Positions 37,361 through 46,017 of a stretch of 64,000 bases of DNA are shown here, in pieces. Source of the DNA: Actinomycetota bacterium (GTDB lineage Bacteria; Actinomycetota; Acidimicrobiia; Acidimicrobiales; CADCSY01); NCBI GenBank assembly GCA_004366205.1, contig SIRW01000094.1, forward strand, positions 492-64,491, in the 5' to 3' direction. A program made the position numbers and the translations under genes. Below the pieces are notes generated by a model. The model ran no database searches. It had not been told where the DNA came from and saw only the letters and a list, made by a program, of their open reading frames with translations. Position 1 is the stretch's first letter; every line of letters begins with the position of its first letter.

Positions 37361-38347
37361 TCAGCCCTCCTCCAACAGGAGCAGGAGGTCGTGCTCCTGC
37401 TCGCAGACGCGCCGGCCGATGGCGGCGAGCTCGACCGAGCGGACGGCACCGGACAGGTGCGTGGCGGCCTGGATGATGCACATGATCCCCCACTTGAGCG
37501 TGCCGAGGGTCTGCCACCAGCGGACCACCTGCGGGTCGACGGGGGTGCCGGCGTGCTCCTCGTAGGCGGCGAACAGCTCCTCGAAGGGCCCGAAGCCCCC
37601 GACGGGGTGCGGGGAGCCGAACCGCCACGCCTTGGTGCACAGCCAGCCCAGGTCCTCCATGGGGTCGCCGAGGTGGGCGATCTCCCAGTCGAGCACGGCA
37701 CGCAGGCCTTCGGGCCCGACGATGAAGTTGCCGGTGCGGAAGTCGCCGTGCACGACCGCGGTCGCCGTCGACGGCGGCCGGTGGGCCTCGAGCCAGCGGA
37801 ACCCCAGCTCGAAGGCGGGGTGGGGCTGGCCGAACCCGTCGAGCAGCTCGCGGAACTGGACCACCTGGTCCTGCTCCTCCAGGCCGGGGACGGCGTCGGT
37901 CGGGATGCGGTGGATGCGGGCCAGCACCTCGCCGAGCTGCCGGGCGAGCACGGGACGGGCTTCGGCGAACTCCTCGTCGCGCAACAGCTTGCGGGGGATC
38001 GTCTCGCCCTCGACGTGACGCACCACCATGAACGGCCGGCCCAGCGCCTCGCCGGCCGGGTCGGCGTCGGTGACCAGCACCTCGGGCACGGGCACGCCCT
38101 GGTCGGCAGCGGCGCGCAACAGCGCCGCCTCGGACGCCATGCCGCTGCCGGTCCGGGCGCCGCCGGGGCGCTCGCGCTGGAGGATGAGCGGCACCGTCGG
38201 CCCTTCGGCGGGCCGGGCCCGGAACGCCCAGGTCTCGCGCGAGGCGCCACCCGACAACCGGCGCAGCCCCTCGACCGTGACGGCGTCGCCGAGCGCCGGG
38301 GCCAGCACCGCCGCGAGCGACGTCCCCAGGTCCTCCTCGGCGGCCAT
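37361..38347 (-). CDS. phosphotransferase (APH/choline-kinase fold) family protein
   Basis: 328 aa with the catalytic region VVHGDFRTGNFIV and DWEIAHLGDPMEDL. Confidence 0.85.
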   Translation of the reverse strand: MAAEEDLGTSLAAVLAPALGDAVTVEGLRRLSGGASRETWAFRARPAEGPTVPLILQRERPGGARTGSGMASEAALLRAAADQGVPVPEVLVTDADPAGEALGRPFMVVRHVEGETIPRKLLRDEEFAEARPVLARQLGEVLARIHRIPTDAVPGLEEQDQVVQFRELLDGFGQPHPAFELGFRWLEAHRPPSTATAVVHGDFRTGNFIVGPEGLRAVLDWEIAHLGDPMEDLGWLCTKAWRFGSPHPVGGFGPFEELFAAYEEHAGTPVDPQVVRWWQTLGTLKWGIMCIIQAATHLSGAVRSVELAAIGRRVCEQEHDLLLLLEEG

Positions 38348-38357
38348 GCCGCCTGTC

Positions 38358-39377
38358 TTAGCAGTACTGGCGCAGGGTGGGGTACGGGTTGACCGGGGAA
38401 CCCCCGCCCGGGTGCATCTCGAAGTGCAGGTGCGGGGTGCCCCGGGCGTTGCCGGTGTCGCCGACGTAGCCGATGACGGTGCCGGCGCTGACCCGACCTC
38501 CGGCGCCGTAGGCCGACAGGTGCGTGCCGAAGTAGGTGATGCCGTCGTCGCCCCGCAGGTAGAAGGACAGGCCGCCGAGGCGGACGTTGCGGTGCGTGAC
38601 CGTGCCGCTCACGGGCGCCACGACGGGCGTGCCCCGGGGGGACAGGATGTCGTTGCCCATGTGCCGGCGGCCGCCCGAGCGGGGCGCCCCCCAGTCGTTG
38701 GTGAAGGCGCGGGGGCCCTGCACGGGGCAGATCCAGCGGCCGCTGCCGAGCACCTGGGGCGTGGCGCGCGCCGGTGTGGCCCGGACGGGGGCACGCGCGG
38801 TGCGGTTGGCGGCCGCCCGGCGGGCCTCCTCCGCCGCCCGCCGGCGACGCTCCTCCTCCTCACGCCGGCGCTGGAGCTCGACCTGGCGGGCGAGCTCGGC
38901 TTGCGCCGCCTGGTGGCGCTGGCGGACCACGGCCAGGGCCGCCGCCGCCTCCTGGCGGCGGGCGCGCAGCTCGTTCCGGGCGATCTCGAGGTCTTCGCGG
39001 ACCATGCGGTACTCGTCGATGGCGTCCTCGGTGCCGCCGGTGACCATCCTCGCCAGGGCGGCCGCCCGGGCCGACCTGTTGAGGTCGTGCTCGAAGAGCA
39101 CCGCCGAGTCGCCGGCGCCGCCGGCGACGTAGCTGTTCACGGCCTGCTGGCGCACCAGGTCCTCGAGCCCGGCGAGCCGCTCCTGGGTCGCCGCGGTGCG
39201 GCGCTCCAGCTCGGCGACCTCACCCTCGAGCTCGGCGAGGCGCGACTGGGCCTGGGCCAGCTGCTGGGCGACCTCGTTGGCGCGCGTGCGTGCGGCGTCC
39301 ACGGCGCTCTGGGCCGCGGCCGGACCACCGGTCAGGACGAGGGCGAGCGCGAGGATCGACGCGGTGAACCTCCGCAC
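38358..39377 (-). CDS. secreted M23 metallopeptidase with N-terminal coiled coil
   Basis: Signal-like VRRFTASILALALVLTGGPAAAQS (GTG 39377; the track start is 39446), a long coiled coil, then RHMGNDI...TPHLHFEMH (M23 HxxxD/HxH). Confidence 0.85.
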   Translation of the reverse strand: MRRFTASILALALVLTGGPAAAQSAVDAARTRANEVAQQLAQAQSRLAELEGEVAELERRTAATQERLAGLEDLVRQQAVNSYVAGGAGDSAVLFEHDLNRSARAAALARMVTGGTEDAIDEYRMVREDLEIARNELRARRQEAAAALAVVRQRHQAAQAELARQVELQRRREEEERRRRAAEEARRAAANRTARAPVRATPARATPQVLGSGRWICPVQGPRAFTNDWGAPRSGGRRHMGNDILSPRGTPVVAPVSGTVTHRNVRLGGLSFYLRGDDGITYFGTHLSAYGAGGRVSAGTVIGYVGDTGNARGTPHLHFEMHPGGGSPVNPYPTLRQYC

Positions 39378-39461
39378 GGGTACGGCAATGTACCTGTAAC
39401 CATTCCGTAAAGCGAATCGGCGGGGCGCTGCCACGGCCTGACGCATGCGGTGGTCGTCGGC

Positions 39462-40517
39462 TCAGAACCGGGTCGGGAGGCTCGTGCGGGGCCGGGCGAA
39501 GCGGCCCACGCCGCCCACCACCGGCTCGACCCGGCGCGTGGGCCGGGCGGCGACCGCGCCGCCGCCGGCCGACGCCAACCCGCCGATGAGCCGCGGCGCC
39601 GGGGCCTCGACGCCCGACAGGCGCCACAACCCGGCGGCGATCAGGCCGATGACCAGCACGGCGATGATGCGCTCGGTGGTGGTTCGGGCGACCGGCGCCG
39701 TCCGGGGGCCGCGGGGCGCGCTGCCCGGGGGGGCGGCCGCAACCGGGTCGTCGCCGTCACCGACCTCGCCGGCGCCGCCCGGAGCCGGTGCCGGCGCCCC
39801 CGGTGCGTCGAACGGCGGGGGCGCGTCGAACGCGAACCCGTCGTCGAGGAACGCCTGGCCGGGGTCGAAGCCCCCCAGGTCGTCGAAGCCGAGGTCGCCG
39901 TCGTCGAACCCGTCGCCGGGCTCGGACCCGAAGCTCGGCGCCGGCGTGAACGACTGGTCGGTCGGCTGCTCGAACGACGTCTGGAACGGCGCGGGCAGGC
40001 CCGGCGCGGGCGTGAGCACCACGTCGAAGGCGTCGCCCTGCTTGTGGCCCTCGCCGAGCTCCCAGGAGATCTGCATGCCGTCGTCGGAGAGCGCGCCCTC
40101 TACTCCCGCGGCGTCGCAGTCGGCCTCGGGCCGGCTCTCCCAGGTGCCGCCGTCGGCCGCGCCCCACTGCGTGGGCGTGGCGCAGGCCAGGATCAGCTCG
40201 GCCACCGGGCTCGAGCCCGGCGCGACGTTCAGGGTGAGGGTGCCGCCGCCGGCGTCGGGGGCGTGGAAGCGCACGGCCGCGACGGCGATCGGGCCGCTGG
40301 GGTCGTTGGCCACGTAGAGCCCGCCCTCGGGAACCGTGGGCGGAGCGGGGACCGGCGCCGGGAGCAGGCCGCTCACTGGCTGCTGGCGGGCCTTGTACCA
40401 CCAGCCGTGCCGGTCGAGCTGGGCCTCGGCGCCGGCGGGCACAGCCAGCGTGAGCGGCGCGCCGACCGTCACCAGGCCGGCGGCCAGGGCTCGCAGGAAT
40501 CGGCGCCGGCCGGGCAT
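39462..40517 (-). CDS. Tat-signal exported protein with acidic F/D/G-rich linker and C-terminal TM anchor
   Basis: MPGRRRFLRALAAGLVTVGAPLTLAVPAGAEA (twin-arginine motif), ...GDGFDDGDLGFDDLGGFDPGQAFLDDGFAFD..., ...RIIAVLVIGLIAAGLW. The ATG overlaps the stop of the MFS-NBD-NBD gene (TGATG). Confidence 0.7.
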   Translation of the reverse strand: MPGRRRFLRALAAGLVTVGAPLTLAVPAGAEAQLDRHGWWYKARQQPVSGLLPAPVPAPPTVPEGGLYVANDPSGPIAVAAVRFHAPDAGGGTLTLNVAPGSSPVAELILACATPTQWGAADGGTWESRPEADCDAAGVEGALSDDGMQISWELGEGHKQGDAFDVVLTPAPGLPAPFQTSFEQPTDQSFTPAPSFGSEPGDGFDDGDLGFDDLGGFDPGQAFLDDGFAFDAPPPFDAPGAPAPAPGGAGEVGDGDDPVAAAPPGSAPRGPRTAPVARTTTERIIAVLVIGLIAAGLWRLSGVEAPAPRLIGGLASAGGGAVAARPTRRVEPVVGGVGRFARPRTSLPTRF

Positions 40518-43500
40518 CAGCCGCCCCTCGCCCGCAGCGGCTCGCGCCGGCGCCGGCCCCGCCCGCCGCCGTCACCGCCGGCGGGGTGGGGCCGGCGGGC
40601 TGATCGGCTGGCCATGGCCTTGCTCTCGCCCGAGCGGTGGATGACGTCGAGGTCACCGCCGAGGTAGGCGGACACGACGCGCTCGTCGGCCAGCACCGCC
40701 TCGGGTTCGCCGCGGGTCACGACGGCGCCGAGCTCGAGCGCGATGATCTCGTCGGAGACGGACGTGATCAGCGGCATGTCGTGCTCGATCACGAGCAGCG
40801 AGCAGTTGGCCTCGCGCTGGATGCGCTTCAGCAGGGGCCCGAGGGCCTCGGTCTCGCGCTGGGCGATGCCCGAGGACGGCTCGTCGAGGAGCAGCACGTC
40901 GGGGTCGTGGGCGATCGCCATGGCCAGGTCGACGACGCGGCGCGAGCCGGTGGACAGCTCGGAGACGAACTTGTTGCGGAACGCCCCGAGGTGCATGAGC
41001 TCGATCAGGTCGTCCACCGTCCAGGCGACGTCGAGCTCGGACTGCTGCATGGCGGGCAGGCCGAGCAGCGCGGCCACGTGGTCGCGGGTCTCGATGTGGC
41101 GCTCGAGGCCGAGGGCGATGTTCTCGGCGACGGTGAGCGACGGGAAGATGCGGGCGTCCTGGAACGAGCGGCCGAGGCCGATGGCGGCCCGGCGGTCGGC
41201 GCCCCAGCGGGTGATGTCGACGCCCTTGAAGCGGATGCGGCCGGCATCGAGGGCGAGGTGGCCCGACAGCAGGTCGAAGATCGTGGTCTTGCCGGCGCCG
41301 TTCGGGCCGATGAGCCCGAGGATCTCGCCCTCGGCGAGCGTGAAGCTCACGTCGTTCACGGCCGTGATGCCGCCGAAGCGCTTGGTGAGGCCCTCCACCT
41401 CGAGGATCGGGGCGTGCCCGGTGGTGCCGGGCAGGGCCTTGCGGGCGCTGGCCGGGACCTTCCCGCGACCGTTCGCCGACTCGCCGTTCACCGAGCCCGC
41501 GCCCTCGAGGAAGACGGCCCGCAGGATGTCCCCGCGCTCGAGCAGCTCCTCGGTGGGTCCCGAGAACCGCACCTCGCCCTTCTCCATGAAGTAGGCGCGC
41601 TCGGCGATCGTGAGGGCCACGTTCACCGACTGCTCGACGAGGATGACGGTGCAGCCCTGGGCGTGGATGGCCCGCACCATGTCGAGGAGGAGCTCGACGA
41701 CGGTGGGGGCGAGCCCGAGCGAGAGCTCGTCGATGATCAGAAGGCGCGGGCGGGCGACGAACGCCATGCCCAGGGCGAGCTGCTGCTGCTCGCCACCGGA
41801 GAGGTTGCCGGCCATCTGGTCCCACCGCTCGCGCAGGCGGGGGAAGCGGTCGAGGACCTCCTCCACCCGGCGGTCGATCTCGGCGGGGTCCTCCTGGGTG
41901 TAGAGCCACGTGCCGGCCTTGAAGTGCTCGGCGACGGTGAGCGTGGGGAACACCGCCTTGCCGCCGGGCACCTGGATGATCCCCAGCTTGGCCGTCTGCA
42001 CGGCATCGGCGTGGGTGATGTCCCGGCCGTCGTAGAAGATGGCGCCGCCGATGGGGTCGACGGTGCCGGAGATGGCCTTCAGCAGCGTGGACTTGCCGGC
42101 GCCGTTGGTGCCGAGCAGGGCGATGATGTCGCCCTCGTAGACGTCGAGGTCGACGCCGAACAGCACCTGGACCTGGTCGTAGGCGACGTCGACGCCCTTG
42201 CAGACGAGCAGGGGCCGGCGGCCGTCGCCCCGCTCGAACTCCTCCCGCACGCGGATGGCGGTGGAGAGCGTGTTGCGGGCCTGCTCGACGTCACGGCGGA
42301 CGAAGCGGCTGGCCGAGGCCCCGATCAGGCCGGCGAGGGCCACGATGGCGGCCAGCACGGCGATGGCCCACCGGTAGCCCTGCGCCTCGCCCAGCTCGAA
42401 CAGCGGGATCGAGGCGAAGCCGCCGAGGCCGACGAAGAGGATGGCGTAGGCGTAGGCCTGGGAGCGCACCCGGGGCGGCGCGACGATCCCGACGAGCGAG
42501 AAGTAGGCGGGCTGGTAGGCGCCCACGCCCATCGACAGGAAGAACGCCATGGCCAGCGACAGCAGCGCCCAGGGGGCGATGGCCATGAGGATGAGGCCCG
42601 CGGCGAACTGCACGAACGACAGCCCGGTGATCGTGGCCAGGCGGGGGGTGCGGCCGTCCCGGGCGGCCCGGGAGGCGAGCGTGCCGCCGACGAGCAGCCC
42701 GGCGACGGTGCCGGCGCCGAAGACGAACTGCACGACGCCGCGCTCGAAGGCGCCGTAGTCGTAGACGTCCTCGAAGAACAGCGACAGGAACTGGTTGATC
42801 GCCAGGTAGCCGACGCCGAGGAAGAAGGCGCCCACCCACAGGCGGCGCAGCGTGCGCACCGAGTAGAGCTGCCGGCGGGCCTCGGCGAAGGGCACCTTGC
42901 CTTCCACCTCCTCGGCCTTGGCGGCGAGGTCGGCGTCGATGCTCTCCCCCCGCTTGGGTTCGCGCAGCTTGGCGACCAGCAGCGCCAGGAACACATACGT
43001 GGGGATGGCCAGCAGGATGAACGCGGCGCGCCAGCCGAGCGCGGCGCCGATGGCGCCGGCGACGATGCCGGACACGGCGGCGACGGGGTTGGCGAGCCGG
43101 TGGATCTGGAAGACCCGGGGGTGGACCTCGGGCTTGTAGTAGTCGCCCAGGAGGCTGGGGTGGACGACCTCGTTGATGATGCGGCCGATGCCGGCGAGGA
43201 GGCGGACGGCGAACAGCAGCAGCACCGTGGGAACCACGCCCGTGAGGATGCTCATCGTGCTCCAGAGCACGGCGGCGAACGCCGCCACCCGCACCCGGTT
43301 GGAGCGGTCGGCGATGTAGCCGACAGGCAGGGCGGCGAGCAGGATGAACACGCTGCTGATCACGCCGATGGCGCCGATGCCGGCGTCGGTCAGGTCGAAG
43401 GCGTCGCGGATCTCGGGGGTGAGCGCGGCGAAGGCGATGACGTCGAACTGGTCGACGAAGTTGAGTCCCAGCAGGATCCCGAGCGGCAGCACCGAGGCGC

Positions 43501-43597
43501 CACCGGTGAGGGCGGCGAACCGGCCGCCCCGGCCGGTGGACGGCGGGACGAGGTCGGTCGGGCCGGCAGGCGGCGGCTGCGGGGTGGTGGTGCTCAT
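40517..43597 (-). CDS. fusion protein: MFS transporter domain + LivF-like ABC ATPase + LivG-like ABC ATPase
   Basis: Continuous frame of 1026 codons from ATG 43597, which overlaps the permease stop (ATGA). MFS motif A PVGYIADRSNRVRV. NBD1: GTNGAGKSTL / LSGGEQQQLALG / LLIIDELSLGLAP. NBD2: GPNGAGKTTIFD / LSTGSRRVVDLA / VLLLDEPSSGIAQ. The track ORF 40517-45889 continues upstream only as out-of-frame overlap with the permease. Confidence 0.85.
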   Translation of the reverse strand: MSTTTPQPPPAGPTDLVPPSTGRGGRFAALTGGASVLPLGILLGLNFVDQFDVIAFAALTPEIRDAFDLTDAGIGAIGVISSVFILLAALPVGYIADRSNRVRVAAFAAVLWSTMSILTGVVPTVLLLFAVRLLAGIGRIINEVVHPSLLGDYYKPEVHPRVFQIHRLANPVAAVSGIVAGAIGAALGWRAAFILLAIPTYVFLALLVAKLREPKRGESIDADLAAKAEEVEGKVPFAEARRQLYSVRTLRRLWVGAFFLGVGYLAINQFLSLFFEDVYDYGAFERGVVQFVFGAGTVAGLLVGGTLASRAARDGRTPRLATITGLSFVQFAAGLILMAIAPWALLSLAMAFFLSMGVGAYQPAYFSLVGIVAPPRVRSQAYAYAILFVGLGGFASIPLFELGEAQGYRWAIAVLAAIVALAGLIGASASRFVRRDVEQARNTLSTAIRVREEFERGDGRRPLLVCKGVDVAYDQVQVLFGVDLDVYEGDIIALLGTNGAGKSTLLKAISGTVDPIGGAIFYDGRDITHADAVQTAKLGIIQVPGGKAVFPTLTVAEHFKAGTWLYTQEDPAEIDRRVEEVLDRFPRLRERWDQMAGNLSGGEQQQLALGMAFVARPRLLIIDELSLGLAPTVVELLLDMVRAIHAQGCTVILVEQSVNVALTIAERAYFMEKGEVRFSGPTEELLERGDILRAVFLEGAGSVNGESANGRGKVPASARKALPGTTGHAPILEVEGLTKRFGGITAVNDVSFTLAEGEILGLIGPNGAGKTTIFDLLSGHLALDAGRIRFKGVDITRWGADRRAAIGLGRSFQDARIFPSLTVAENIALGLERHIETRDHVAALLGLPAMQQSELDVAWTVDDLIELMHLGAFRNKFVSELSTGSRRVVDLAMAIAHDPDVLLLDEPSSGIAQRETEALGPLLKRIQREANCSLLVIEHDMPLITSVSDEIIALELGAVVTRGEPEAVLADERVVSAYLGGDLDVIHRSGESKAMASRSARRPHPAGGDGGGRGRRRREPLRARGG

Positions 43598-46011
43598 GCG
43601 CCCTCCTCGCGGGCGCCGGCGGTGCGGCGCAGGTGGTCGTGGTCGGCCGCGTCCTCGAGGGTCAGCTCGGCCTCGCAGACGGGGCACCAGATCGTGCGGT
43701 CGGCGAGCACGTCGAAGCTCGCGACGGTGTCGACGCTGTGCTCGGCTTCGGTGAGCACGTCCTGCTGGTCCTCGCCGGTCTCGACCCGCCGGTCCGCCAC
43801 GAGGGACGGGACGTGGATGCCGTTGCGGTTGGCGACCCAGCGCAGGGCGGCGTCGCGCACGCGCCAGATGCCCTCGGCCAGCCCACCGGGCAGGAACATG
43901 AGGATCACGATCAGGCCCGGCCCGGTGACGAGGAGCGTGAGCTCGTTGATGTTCAGCCGGTTGGCGGCGATGGTGACGCCCTGGCTGAACACCCCGCCGA
44001 GCACGGCGCCGGCGAGCGAGCTGATGCCGCCCACCACGGTGTAGGCGAACACGGCGAGGCTGTTGCCGGTGCCGTAGGTGCCGGCGTCGACCGAGCCCAG
44101 GTGGTAGGCGTTGAGCACGCCGGCGGCGGCGGCGATGAACCCGGCCACGGCGAAGGCGGCCAGCTTGGTGCGGGCGAGGTTGATGCTGTAGCTGGCCGCC
44201 GCCCGCGAGTTGTCGCGCACGGCGATGAGCACCCGGCCGCTGCGGTGGCGCCGGAACGACACGGCAGCCGCGAGGGTGAGCACCAGGAAGGCCAGGCAGA
44301 ACCAGTACCAGTTGCGGGGCTCGGCCAGGTCGATGCGCTCGAAGAGGAAGGGGCGGGTCACCCGGGCGCCGTCCTCGGGCAGCATGTGCCGGCCGAAGAA
44401 GTAGCCGCGGTTGAGCAGCCAGAACTGGGTGAAGGCGGCGAAGGCGAGGGTCGTGACCGCCAGGAACAGGCCCTGGATGCGCAGCGCCGGGATGCCCACG
44501 ATGATCGCCACGAAGGCCCCGGCGAGGCCACCGGCGACGAGCACCACGAAGAAGTCCTGGTTGTGGTTGGCGACCAGGTGCCCGGCGACGAGCGCGCCGA
44601 CGCCCACGAAGGCGAACTGCCCCAGGCTGATCTGGCCGGCCCAGCCGGTCAGCACCACGAGCGACACGCCCACCATCGCCCAGATGAGGGCGCTGGTGGC
44701 GGCGCTGACGTTCTGGACGCCGACGTAGAACGGCGCGAGCAGGAAGAGGGCGGCGACAGCGGCGACCACGGTGGTGCGCCCGGCGCGCACCTCGCGGACG
44801 TCGCGCAGCTCGGGCGGGACGGCACGCAGCTCCTTCACGGCCTGCCACGTGGCCACCCCGGTGTCCATCGCCCGGGACATCGAGCCGCGCTGGAACAGCA
44901 GGGCCAGCAGGATGACGAGCAGCATGATGGCCGCGCCCTCGGAGCTGCGGCCCGTGGCGAACACCGAGGACTGGTCGATCACCCCGATGATCATCCCGGC
45001 GCCGATGGCCACGGGCAGCCGCTCCATCCGGGCGATGACGGCTGCGGCCAGCGCGAACAGCAGGACCTCCGCGCCGGCCAGGCCCCCGAGGGGCAGGCCC
45101 ACGATGGGGCCCCGGAGGAACACCGTGATGGCGGAGAACGTGCCGGCGAGCATCCAGGCCACGGTGCCGACCCGCCGGACGGGGATGCCGAGCAGCGAGG
45201 CCCGGTCGGCGTTCTCGGCCGATGCCCGCACGGCGATGCCGAGGCGCGTGTACTTGAAGAACAGGCCGAGCAGGACGGCGCAGAGGATGACGCCGCCCAG
45301 GGCCACGAACTGGTCGCCGGTGATGGGCTGGCGGCCGAAGAAGAACCCGAAGCGGGTGAAGGGGGTGCGGATGACGTCGGGCAGCCGGTCGGCGCCGAGC
45401 CACCCGGGTGTGAGCAGCGTGAAGAACGCCAGCAGCTGGGCGATGCCGATCGTCACGACGGTGAGGATCAGGCGGGGGGCGTTCGCGAACCGCCGGACGA
45501 TGACCACGTCGATGAGCCCGCCGGCGACGGCGCCGCCGGCGATGGCGATGGGCAGGGCGAGGAAGTAGTGCACCCCGTGCACGACCATGAGGGTCATGGC
45601 GAACACCGCGGGCAGGGCGCCCATGCTGCCGGCGGCGAAGTTGATGATGCGGTTCGCCCGGTAGATGAGGATGATGCCGACCGCCATCAGCCCGTAGAGG
45701 GCGCCGAGGCACGCGCCCCAGAACATGAGCCCGTCGGGCGTGCCCCAGATCTGCTTCACGAGCCAGTAGGCGCCGAGGGCGGCCCACGCCGTGGTGACCA
45801 CCGCCCGGGTGGCGGCGCGGCTGCGGAGCTGGTCCCACGCCAGCGCCGTGAGCAGCCCGGCGACGAGCACGGGTGGGATCGACCACCACGGCGCGCTCCA
45901 GACGGTGAGGACGAGGGCGAGGAACGAGAGGCCGAGGGCCACGAAGGCGCTGAGCGCCTTGCGCTGGGGGGTGGCGGTGGCTTCGCGGGTGAGCTCCTGG
46001 AGGGCGGTCAC
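43594..46011 (-). CDS. fused LivH-LivM branched-chain-amino-acid-type (HAAT) ABC permease
   Basis: 805 aa. First half LivH-like (IILIYRANRIINFAAGSMGAL), second half LivM-like (VLTGWAGQISLGQFAFVGVGA), plus a ~70-aa acidic C-terminal tail with CPVCE. GTG start at 46011. Confidence 0.85.
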   Translation of the reverse strand: MTALQELTREATATPQRKALSAFVALGLSFLALVLTVWSAPWWSIPPVLVAGLLTALAWDQLRSRAATRAVVTTAWAALGAYWLVKQIWGTPDGLMFWGACLGALYGLMAVGIILIYRANRIINFAAGSMGALPAVFAMTLMVVHGVHYFLALPIAIAGGAVAGGLIDVVIVRRFANAPRLILTVVTIGIAQLLAFFTLLTPGWLGADRLPDVIRTPFTRFGFFFGRQPITGDQFVALGGVILCAVLLGLFFKYTRLGIAVRASAENADRASLLGIPVRRVGTVAWMLAGTFSAITVFLRGPIVGLPLGGLAGAEVLLFALAAAVIARMERLPVAIGAGMIIGVIDQSSVFATGRSSEGAAIMLLVILLALLFQRGSMSRAMDTGVATWQAVKELRAVPPELRDVREVRAGRTTVVAAVAALFLLAPFYVGVQNVSAATSALIWAMVGVSLVVLTGWAGQISLGQFAFVGVGALVAGHLVANHNQDFFVVLVAGGLAGAFVAIIVGIPALRIQGLFLAVTTLAFAAFTQFWLLNRGYFFGRHMLPEDGARVTRPFLFERIDLAEPRNWYWFCLAFLVLTLAAAVSFRRHRSGRVLIAVRDNSRAAASYSINLARTKLAAFAVAGFIAAAAGVLNAYHLGSVDAGTYGTGNSLAVFAYTVVGGISSLAGAVLGGVFSQGVTIAANRLNINELTLLVTGPGLIVILMFLPGGLAEGIWRVRDAALRWVANRNGIHVPSLVADRRVETGEDQQDVLTEAEHSVDTVASFDVLADRTIWCPVCEAELTLEDAADHDHLRRTAGAREEGA

Positions 46012-46017
46012 GACGTC

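Noticed and set aside
43598-45889. Upstream 760 codons of the 1790-aa track ORF 40517-45889, which would make an even larger fusion
   Set aside because: This part overlaps the LivHM permease in another frame and translates to R/P/G/A-rich junk. The homologous protein begins at ATG 43597, which overlaps the permease stop by ATGA.
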